From NCBI GenBank assembly GCA_001179505.1, contig CDMY01000692.1, positions 1 through 29,960 of the forward strand: a stretch of DNA of 29,960 nt, written 5' to 3'. Below the pieces are notes generated by a model. It was given only the letters and a program-made list of their open reading frames with translations. It was not told the origin of the DNA and searched no databases. A program made the position numbers and the translations under genes. This DNA comes from Vitrella brassicaformis CCMP3155 (taxonomy: Eukaryota > Protista > Chromerida). Each line of letters opens with the position of its first letter. The first letter of the stretch is position 1. This document shows, piece by piece, positions 1 through 9,954 of this stretch.

Positions 1-1272
1 CCTGTGTCGACAGACGCACACACACACACATTGATGAGGTGATGTGTGGCATCTCTGTCTCTGCGCTGCGTGTGTGAGTGCATGTGTGTGTGTCATTAAT
101 ATGGCCCTCACTCACCAGACGAAGAGTGATCTAGCGGCGTTTCTGTCCTGCATGTCGCACCACACGCGGATGGGGGCGGGCGCACACTTGGGAAGGATCC
201 AATAGAAGCCAGACACCGCCGCACTGTCGGCCGCTTTGATCTCGTAGCAGTCCTCGGCAGGGTGGGTCATGCTGTCGCCGGCGCTCATTCCCTCTCTCGC
301 CATGGCGTCGGCTGCGTCACCGGCCATGGCCATGGCGGTGGCTGTCTTGAGCTCCGACAGGTGCTGGCTGAGTGTGTCGAGCTTGCCCTCGGTTGAGTTC
401 ATGCGGGCCTCGTATCTCTGTTTGTCGTCGTAGCACCTGGCCATGTCGGACTTGAGGTCCTCCAGGCGCTCGGCGTGCAGGTCGAGGGCGTGCAGTGCCG
501 CCCTGACGTCGGGACCGACGGAAGACAGCTCGCGAGACACAGAGGGGTCATGCTCTGACCCACACAACACATACATCGACCCACACACACACAGAGATGA
601 GGTGAGATGAGGTGTCTGTGTGTCTGTGTGTCTGTTGTGGGCGGTGGTGGGTTGGCTGATTTATCTACCTGTGACGAACTCCAGAAAGAACTTGGCTCGT
701 CCGTCGGGCTGGTTCTCGGCGTCGTTGCAGTCCTGCACGATGGGCTGCAGCCGGTTGGCCAACACTGACAGCTCGCGGATGCCAAAGAGGAAGCGAGTCC
801 CGAGCTTGCCGTATCGCGGGTGCGGCCGGCGCATCGACACGCGCACGTATTGGGCTGTCACGCCGCCCAGCGAGTCGGTCGTCACGTTCCGGGCGTTGGC
901 GTCGTTGCTGTGTGCCCTCGTGAAGTGGCTGCCGTCCTGGCCCGTACTCAGGACATAGTCGAGGGCCGGAAACTCCCAGTCGATGCGGGCCTCGCTGAGG
1001 CGTCGCGGCTGGCCGAGGTCGATGGTGAGATTGACAGGGGCGGGCAGGGGAGCGGCGCTCGGCAGACCAGCAGACGCCCAATACGTCTCCTGCACACACC
1101 ACACACACACACACAAAATTATGGTCTGTCCGTGTTATAATGTCGTGATTGATGTGTGATGGGGACCTTTTTGCCGTCGACGGCCTTCATGGGACTGTGA
1201 GCCTGCTCGCCGCTACTTGACGTGGCCGTGGCGGTGGTGCCGTTGGACGCGAGGTTGATGCTGCCGGTGTCA
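1..1272 (-). CDS. CCp/LAP-family (LCCL lectin adhesive-like) protein, partial: discoidin/F5-8 domain, coiled coil, then NEC (fibrinogen/collagen-like) domain; continues off the left edge and its 5' end is unclear
   Basis: Exons 1272-1167, 1089-669, 554-116 and an acceptor at position 2 splice in phase. Peptide includes ATATSSSGEQAHSPMKAVDGKK|ETYWAS, IDWEFPALDY, NRLQPIVQDCNDAENQPDGRAKFFLEFVTEHDP and PAEDCYEIK..SGFYWILPKCAPAPIRVWCDM. This order matches apicomplexan CCp1/CCp2-type proteins (family assignment from recalled knowledge). Confidence 0.8.
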
Positions 1273-1427
1273 CTGTCAGTGTCACTGTCACTCGGTCACT
1301 CATACATACAAAATCCACTCAATGCTCTCACTCCTCTCCTCAGGCGCCTAATGCCATCTAGATCACAAATGGAAACACTCACCCACCCCGACTCTCTACA
1401 AGGCACATCTACACATCTACAAGGTTG

Positions 1428-4400
1428 TCACGTCTTGTCTGTGTCCCCGGCCTCCTCGTCTCTCTGCCGCTGCTGCCTCTCTTCCCGCTGCCGCCTCGCC
1501 TCCTTCAGCCTATCGTACACCTTGCGGGCATACCTACGCTCACATCACACACCACACAGGCAGGCGGGCAACCGGCCACAGACAGAGATGTGCGTGTCCG
1601 TCAGTCAATGTGCCTTGCTCACATCACATCCCGTCCCCGACCTGACACACCATTCGTCTTGGTCGAGGAATCGGCTGTATGAGCCCTCCTCGGCCGTCAC
1701 ATCCCACCTGCCGGCATGCATGTGTTGTGTGATGTGCAGAGAGAAACAAACCAGCATGGTGGCGTATCGTGATCCGATCCACCGACTGACTGACTGACTT
1801 GGCCATGGTGAGCACTTCCAGCCGCTCCTTGAGCTCGGCAGCCGTCTTGTAGTCGCCTGCATCGGCCGCCTCCTGCATCAACTCCTGCACACACATCCAC
1901 CCCCCCCCCCCCCCCCCANNNNNNNNNNNNNNNNNNNNNNNNNNNNNNNNNNNNNNNNNNNNNNNNNNNNNNNNNNNNNNNNNNNNNNNNNNNNNNNNNN
2001 NNNNNNNNNNNNNNNNNNNNNNNNNNNNNNNNNNNNNNNNNNNNNNNNNNNNNNNNNNNNNNNNNNNNNNNNNNNNNNNNNNNNNNNNNNNNNNNNNNNN
2101 NNNNNNNNNNNNNNNNNNNNNNNNNNNNNNNNNNNNNNNNNNNNNNNNNNNNNNNNNNNNNNNNNNNNNNNNNNNNNNNNNNNNNNNNNNNNNNNNNNNN
2201 NNNNNNNNNNNNNNNNNNCCCCCCCCCCCCCCCCCCCCCAGAGAGAGAGAGAGAGAGAGCATCCACACGTACATATACCATACATGGGCGGTGGGTGGGT
2301 GGGCGTCTCTCTCTGTCTGTCTGTTTGTCTGTTTGTCGCCCGTTAGCTAACTTTGATTTGTTGCCTGTCGCTCTTGTCCGCCACCAGCCGAGCGGCCAGC
2401 TGGAAGTCGCCTCGCTCACTCGCACGCTTGATCATGACTTGCCGCCGGACGGCCTCGTCCATGAGGTTCAGCAGCATGTCCTCCACCTTGCTCTGCGACT
2501 CCTCCGACCCGCGACGGGGCAGACGCGCTAACGGGTTGCTGTGACCACAAACACACAAACACACATCAGTGTGGGTCGTTCGGGATGGGGGAGTGCTGCT
2601 TGCTTACCTGGCCAGGATGCATCTCCTTTTGTCGCCGTCGTCCATTCCCTCAAACTCATCCACTGAACGGACCTCGACAGCCTACACATGGGGCCATGGA
2701 TGGATGGATGGACGGACGCATCGTGTGTGTGTGCAGGTCTACACACATATGACAGGCACACACCACACACCTTTTTGCCCAGTCTGTCAATGATCCCTTC
2801 TTCGTCGAGGTCCTCCGGCGCCAAAGAGCCGGCCGCACTGCAAAGACACACACATACACACACACAAGCGCATTTGTCTGCCTGCATTCTGCCCATGTGC
2901 GCGTGAGTATGTGTGTGTGTGTGTGTGTGTATGTCCAGACTCGACTCACAGCGCAGGATCGATGGAGATCTTCAGGGCGCCGTCCAGCAGCTTGAACCTG
3001 AACCAAACTCAAACACCAGACTCGGCAGGGTCCCGTCTGTCTTTCGCCGCCTACTCACTGTGCCTTGAGTGCCAGCTTGTCCCAGAGGCTCCGCTGCACA
3101 TGGATCGGCTGACGCAACACCGTCGCTATACCTGCACACACACACATGCACGCACACACACATAGATGCATGCGATGCATGCCACCCCGCTCCCCCCGTG
3201 CTGCCCACCCCCCCCGCCCCTCCACGTCCCCACTCACCGATGGCTTCGTCTCTGCTGGCTTGCGCGACCACCTCTTTGCCCCCGGTGGCCGGCTTGGGCA
3301 CCAGCTCGCCCATGAGCACCATCATCTCGCTCAGCTGCGTCAGTCGGACGTACCCAGCCACACTCAGCCCCACCCCTGCCAGGGACGTCGGTGTGTCAAT
3401 CGACTCGATGTACACCTCCTTGGCCTCTGCACGCAGCACCTCGCGAGCAGCCGCCAGCAAGGCGGCTGAGGGAACCAACACAGACAGACAGACACAAGCA
3501 GACAGACATTGACGACTGTCCCCACAGGTCAGGTGCGTACCGTATTGTGTCTGGAAGGTCCTTCTGTTCCAGAAGGGCCCCTGGCCGACGTAAAGGGCGT
3601 CGAAGATCTTGCGCTGGCCGATCGACCGGCCCTCGTCGCTCCACTCGTAGGGAAGCGTGTCGAACAGACCAAGATTGTACCTGCATAGACAACAAACACA
3701 CACACACACGTGTGCACACATGAGGGCGTCCCTCCCTGTGTTTCTTTCTTTCTTTCTGTGTCTTGGTGGTGTGTACCGCCCCGCACCGTACCCGAGTTCC
3801 ATCGGCGACACGGTGAGGTCCCTGGCGGTGACAACCCTGGTGGCTGACGAGTCGACGGGGGCCTTGCGCTCGACGGCCAGCGGGCCCGTAGAAGGGGACT
3901 CTGGCCGCGAATACTGAACGAACAAGCAGCACACAAACAAACAAACAAACACACACACACATGCATCCATCGCCATGCACTGACGTCACTCACACGTGCA
4001 GACAGTACTTATTTACTTGTTCCAAGGTTTGCGCGAGTGCTTCCCTGAGCACATTGGTCCTCTGTGGGGCGATGAGGATGGGCAGGACGCGGGCGGAGGG
4101 GTCGACCACCCCTGCTGACGCTGACAGAGGCGGCGACTGGGACAGAAACGCACATGTCTGGTTGCGATACTCACCTGGTCGACAATTAAACAGACAGACA
4201 GACAGACAGCCAACACACAGCTCAGCACACTGCAGTGCATGTCTGTGCTGTGCTGTGCTGTGCTGTGCTGTGTGTACCGATTCCCACAAGGAATGCCTCC
4301 ACGAACTGCGATTGCCTGTCCGTCCCCCTGCCCTCCCTCGTCAACCCAAGTTGGCTCCTCGTTCGCAAAGACCGACAGCCCGGGTGAGGCGGCAAGAAAA

Positions 4401-4554
4401 ACGCCTCAGTCATGGTGGCCACTGTCGCACAGACGACCTCACCCAGCATGGACACAAGCAGCAGCACCAACAGACGCGGATAAGCGGATGAGTAAGGCAC
4501 ACGAAAGATGGCGCATTCGCGAAGTTTATGGGTGGATCTTTGTCTGGTCGCCAT
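1428..4554 (-). CDS. Uncharacterised multi-exon protein with C-terminal UVR (UvrB/UvrC)-like coiled-coil motifs and a probable bipartite plastid-targeting leader
   Basis: About 12 exons splice in phase from ATG 4554 to TGA 1430-1428. N-terminus has hydrophobic RLLVLLLVSMLGEVVCATVATMTEA followed by FFLPP. C-terminus has IKRASERGDFQLAARLVADK, ELMQEAADAGDYKTAAELKERLEVL and WDVTAEEGSYSRFLDQDEWY. One intron contains the 1919-2218 gap, and the phases on both sides match (0/0). Confidence 0.78.
1919..2218. other. Assembly gap (300 N) inside an intron of the UVR-motif gene
   Basis: Exactly 300 N, flanked by poly-C on both sides. Confidence 0.97.
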
Positions 4555-4669
4555 GGCGGCTTCTTCTCCGTGTTCAGTCTTCCTTCTGCGTCTGTTTTTC
4601 TTTCCACGCGTCTGCGAGCTTAGCTCACACATTTGCGAGCTTAGAAAAAACACGCAACACACACACGCG
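4555..4669. promoter_or_regulatory. Compact (~115 bp) bidirectional promoter between the UVR-motif gene and the lipase gene
   Basis: Divergent ATGs at 4554 (-) and 4670 (+). Contains TGCGAGCTTAG twice (4613, 4634) and motifs shared with the 12411-12749 divergent spacer. Confidence 0.55.
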
Positions 4670-7600
4670 ATGGATGACCGCGACGAACGGGCATCATCGC
4701 CCTCATCATCTCCGCCAGACGAATGCAATGATCACGACACCTCGCCTATTCCGCCGTCCAGGCCTGCGCTTTACCCCTCACTCACAGCGCCTGGGGGGAT
4801 CATGGTGGATGAGCGGGATGCACGACGGAGCATGGGTGAGCATGGCTGCATGCTGGTGCATGTGTCGATGCATGGCTGGGTGTGTGTGCGTGTGTGTGTG
4901 TTGACTGACTGCAGGGATGTCGCCTCATTGGCCTGAGAGCACTGACGAGGCCAACGAGCAGACGTCCTACCGGGCACTTAACTTCATCGCCGAGCAGAGA
5001 GACTATGTGCGCTCAGAGGTAATGTACGGGCAGGCTCACAGAGAGAAATAGCCTGTCGATGGATGCGTTGATGCACACGTCTGCCTGTGCTGTGTGTCAA
5101 CTGGTGGATTGGATTGGCTGGCCATCGACCGCACCAATCAATGATCAGAATGCCGACTCTGACAGCGACACTGACAGCGACACCACACCCTCACCCACCA
5201 GCAACGCATCACCAAGACGAGCACACGTAAGTACTCACACACACAAACCGATCCGATAGATAGGCAACTGACTGCCCAAGTGCCCCTTGATGATGTGTGT
5301 GTGTGCAGGCCTCATGGCGCCGGCGGGGGCGCGCCGCCACGTTCCAGCAGAGGCAGACCAGGAGCGACCAGGCCCTTGGCACACACACCTCCCACCAGCC
5401 GCAGGTCCAGCCACAGCTGAACGAGGAGCCGCCAATTGAGGAACAGGACGAGCAGCAGCAGCAGAGCGAGCAGCCGGCTGCCGCCGCTGCAGCTGCCGAG
5501 ACTGGAGAGGAGGGGACAGATGAGGATTGGTTCGACGTGTCTGGTGTGGCGATCGAGCCCGCTGACGGGGCGGCGCAGGTGGGCGGCCGGGGGCGGCATG
5601 TCAGGACAGTCGGACGACTGGGGCTGAATGCCGTAAGCCCAAAGATTTTGGGGAAGAGAGGGCACAACACACGACTACATCATGTGTGTTGAACGTGTTG
5701 GTGGGTGAAAACAGGTGAGTGCGGCCAAGGCTGGCCTGAAGCTGGCCGATTACGTGTCGGCGACGGCGCACACGATCGCGACGGACGTCAATGAGTCGAC
5801 GGTCAGCCTGATGCAGCGGGGGGTGCAGTCGATGGAAGACGCGCTGCACAGCCAAGTGGAGCGGGTACGTCACACTCACACTCACAGAGGGAGGGATATG
5901 TGTGTCGCGCCATCATCATGACCAGTGCGCATCTGTGTGTCGATCATCAGTTTGGCGACGGGGACCATCAGTCCAACCTGCGGCACCGCATTCGGTCCTC
6001 GGCGCAGACCATGCAGACGTCAGCAGACCAGACCCTCCCGCCCTCCCCCTGTCTCCCAAACTCGTTCTTATGATTCATTGTTTGTGTATGCTGTTGATTG
6101 ATTTCTGCAGTGTGGTTGCGACGGTGGGTGGCGGTGTGGGTCGTTTGATCCAGCTGTCGCGGACGGCGGGCCGGCACATCATACAAGCGTCTCAAAGCGG
6201 TACACACGCATAGCCTACACGTGGGAGACCATGACGTGAGCACCATCATCTCTCCCCGTGTGTGTGTGTTTGTTGTGTCATTCAATGAACGAGCAAGCAG
6301 GCTTGAAGCTGCTGGACGATGGGATCGGTGCAGCGCTGAGGGACGCGGGATGCAACGTAAGCTGAGCGGCTTGCTTTGCCAGACCACATAAGATGAGCAG
6401 AGCACAGCACAGCACATGTGTGTGTCCACTCACTCCACAGGTGCTAGAGATGAAGAAGGGCGGCCTGTTCGACGTCGCCCACCAGATTCTCGACCTTGCC
6501 CTGCCATTTGCCGGTACGTACCGTACCTGTGTGCGTGTGTGCTATGCTATGTGTCTGTGGTGTGTACCCCTCCCGACCTGCACAACAGGGGACGGACTCG
6601 ACTCATTCACTCATTCTCACTCTGTCTCGTCTCGTCCCTATGTGTGTGTGTGTGTGTGTGTGTGTGCAGATGTGTCCCCATTGGAGCTTGGTCGTGCCCT
6701 GGTGGCGTTCGGCACCCTGCAGGAGGCCGCCGCGTCGCCCTACCCCCCCACCAATGGGGTCTTCATCGACTGCGACACGCCGGACAACAACCGACTCATC
6801 AACAGGCACGAAAGAAACCCAGGCCACAGGCACTGACATCATGAATGACGCACACACAAGTCTGTCTGACATCCGTGGGTGTGGGTGTGTGCCTGGTTGT
6901 CTTGTCAGGTTGAGTCGAGCGTACCGGATGTGTCTGGCGGCCTACCCCCCTGGCGCAATGCAGATCTGTGGGCTCTCGCTACAGGTGAGTCACTGAGTGA
7001 GTCAGCAACAGCACTACACCACAATGGGTGGGATGAGGGCTCATTTCACATGCCNNNNNNNNNNNNNNNNNNNNNNNNNNNNNNNNNNNNNNNNNNNNNN
7101 NNNNNNNNNNNNNNNNNNNNNNNNNNNNNNNNNNNNNNNNNNNNNNNNNNNNNNNNNNNNNNNNNNNNNNNNNNNNNNNNNNNNNNNNNNNNNNNNNNNN
7201 NNNNNNNNNNNNNNNNNNNNNNNNNNNNNNNNNNNNNNNNNNNNNNNNNNNNNNNNNNNNNNNNNNNNNNNNNNNNNNNNNNNNNNNNNNNNNNNNNNNN
7301 NNNNNNNNNNNNNNNNNNNNNNNNNNNNNNNNNNNNNNNNNNNNNNNNNNNNNNCCCCCCTGTCTCGGTGTGCCGTTCTTTCTGTGTGTCAAGGCGCGCA
7401 GTCAGGAGGAATTCTTTGAGATGCTCACAGGCCTGCCGCGGGAGGCCATTCTTCGTGAGGTCCCGACAGCAGAGACGCCACCGACGCAGACACACATGGC
7501 CGGTGCCGCCAGCAACCCCGAGCTTGCCGAGCCGCACACACACATACACACCACCGACGAGGTGCCTGTGTCGCCGCAACAACACGCGCCGGCGGCTCTC

Positions 7601-9289
7601 CCGAAGCCCAGCCCCTCTGCCCCGGCAATCACCAGACCAATCCAGAAGGTATGTGTGTGAGGCGGCGCCGGGGGACGATCATTATATACATGCGTGTGTG
7701 TGTGTGTGTGTGTCAGGATGTGTCGCTCAGCTCGTGGGTGTCGAGTGCTTATCGGCCGATATACTTCACGACCGTCGACCACGACACTGAGGAAATCGCG
7801 GTGTGTGAGTGCACAGAACATCACTACAGAAGGCAGGCCACACATAGGCCCAGCCAGACGGACGTCTGGATGTGTCGCTGCCTCGCTGTCTGTCTGGTTG
7901 GTCAGCTGACATTCCGCGGCACGTTGAGTGTGAGCGACTGCCTGACCGACCTGTGCTGCCAGATCGAGGAAGGCCAGCACAGCGGCATGGTCACCTCGGC
8001 ACAGTGGTTCGACACACACCTGAGGGAACCGTTCACAAGACTCGCCAACATGTACCCCAACTACAAGATCATCCTACAGGTCATAGATACCAGCCACAGA
8101 CCCCCCCCCCTCCCCCCTCCCCAGTGCATTGTCGTCTTCTCACTGCAGGGCCACTCTATGGGCGGCGGCGTGGCCAGCCTACTCGCTCTCAAGTGGATAG
8201 AGGACCCCACCCTGTCGCCGCGGCTGCATTGCTTCTCCTTCGGCGCCCCCTGCATCGTGACAGCCGAGCTGGCTTTGGCCTGCAAGCGGGTCATCACGAG
8301 TGTGGTCTTCGCGCGCGACGCCGTCAGCCGTGCCTCCGTCGGGAGCATCCACAACATGCGCAAAGTCCTGCTGCACCTCGCCAAGGGCACTGAGACTGAG
8401 GGGAGAAGGGGTGAGTGAGTCCACACACCAGGCACAGCCCTCCCCTGAGTCTCTCTCTCTGTGTCTATGTGTGTCTGTGTCTGTGCGTGTGCATCATTGA
8501 TCAGACCGCCCCGGCCGTCACGTACGTCGTTCCCCCCACCAGTCGTCGTCATCGTCTCACTCGACGTCGGGCGACTTCCCCCCGCCGTCGCACATCGACA
8601 CCGACTCGCTGCGGCACACTGCCGACGACCACCACGACACTGTCCTAGCGGACGAGCCTATCGTGCAGCCTGACAGCCAGAGGAGGGGATTCCCACCAGA
8701 CGAGGTCACCTCGGGCATTGGTAGGCTGCCTGCCAGCTACCCGCTGTCGACTCTGACGACCACCCAGGTGCTCAAGCTGGTGGCTGCCAAAAAGAACCTC
8801 TCGCCCCTCGTCGACAGAGAGACGAAAATGTTCTGGGACAGACAACTCAAGTAGGGACGGGAGGACGCCATTCTTCGCATCCGCACACGCATCTCTCCAT
8901 ATGTGTGTGTGTGTGTGTGTGATGTCAGGATGGCATTGACGGCTCTGCGGTCTCTGTACGACGACCAGAGCAACGTCTTGTGTCCTGCCGGCCGCACCAT
9001 CCTGCTGCTGCCACCTAGGCACCTCGCCAGAGTTGGGCTGCCCACTCCTGAAGGACTCACACAAGGTGGATGACACACAGACACACACGCACACAGAGAG
9101 AGAGAGAGTGAGAGAGAAGCCGCACCAGCACGAGGATGTGTGGGTGTCGTGGCATGTCGCGCAGGCCTGTGTGCAGCCATGGAGATGGGCGGCAACGTGC
9201 TGGACCTGGCGTCCGAGATCATCTTCCACCGAGGGGCTTTTCCCGACCACAATCCCGTCAACGTCGCACAAGCATTCGCCCTCTGCTAG
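4670..9289 (+). CDS. Class-3 lipase (Lipase_3, diacylglycerol-lipase-like) with long disordered N-terminus
   Basis: Many in-phase exons from MDDRDERASS to AQAFALC* (TAG 9287-9289). Lipase core: YFTTVDHDTEEIA..FRGTLSVSDCLTDL, HSGMVTSA, nucleophile elbow GHSMGGGVA (8149ff), CFSFGAP, RDAVSR (catalytic Asp), PDHNP (catalytic His). Confidence 0.85.
7055..7354. other. Assembly gap (300 N) inside a lipase intron
   Basis: Exactly 300 N followed by a C run. Flanking exons join in phase (SLQ|EEFFEM). Confidence 0.97.
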
Positions 9290-9954
9290 CTGACCTCTGA
9301 CACATCGGCTCCCGCTCGTGTGTTGTTGGTGTGGTGCACGTGTCTTGTTTTCCTATTGGTCTGTCTGTATGTGTGTGTGTGTGTTTGTATTGCGTGCTGC
9401 TGCATTTGTTTCCTCAATATGCTGAGAGGATGCATGGAGCGGATGGATGGATGGATGGTCTTTTATTGCATGTGGCTCTGTCTGTCTCCCGTGTCTGTGT
9501 ATGTCTGCTGGCGTGGGTGGGGTGTGTGTGTGTGCGTGAATGCGTATTTTTGAATGGCTGGAAGTGGCAGTGTGTGAGGACAGGGCACACAGTGACGTGT
9601 GCCGTGCCAGTAGGAGTGCGTGTTGGATAACAAAAACGATCGACCACCAAGTGCGAAGACCGACAGATGCGTCTCAGTACTGCCGTTCATTGGACATGTA
9701 TCTTGCCCTAGGGCATCCCATGCCCACTGACTCTGCTGAGCAGATTTCGCCTCTGACGCTGTCCGGCACCTTCTGACGCAGCAGGCAAAGCCACGTGACT
9801 TGGCTTCTCCTACGGCGTCAGAGGCGCAAATCAAACGTCAAGAGGCAACACCGCCGCATCTGTGTCAGCTGCTAAGTGAACTACACTACACACAGACAAG
9901 CAAATGCCCCCCTCCCCTCCTCTCCCCTCATCTCATCTCCCATGAAACCTCACC

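Noticed and set aside
1919-2218. Missing exons hidden in the gaps
   Set aside because: Exon phases on both sides of this gap and of 7055-7354 join cleanly and the peptides read continuously, so no exon is required.
1624-2425. Long ORFs spanning N runs (also 6879-7790, 25404-26513)
   Set aside because: Artefacts of translating placeholder Ns and poly-C/G flanks.
9463-9834. Minus-strand ORF as a separate gene
   Set aside because: No recognisable motifs; at most a terminal exon of the RCC1 gene or UTR.
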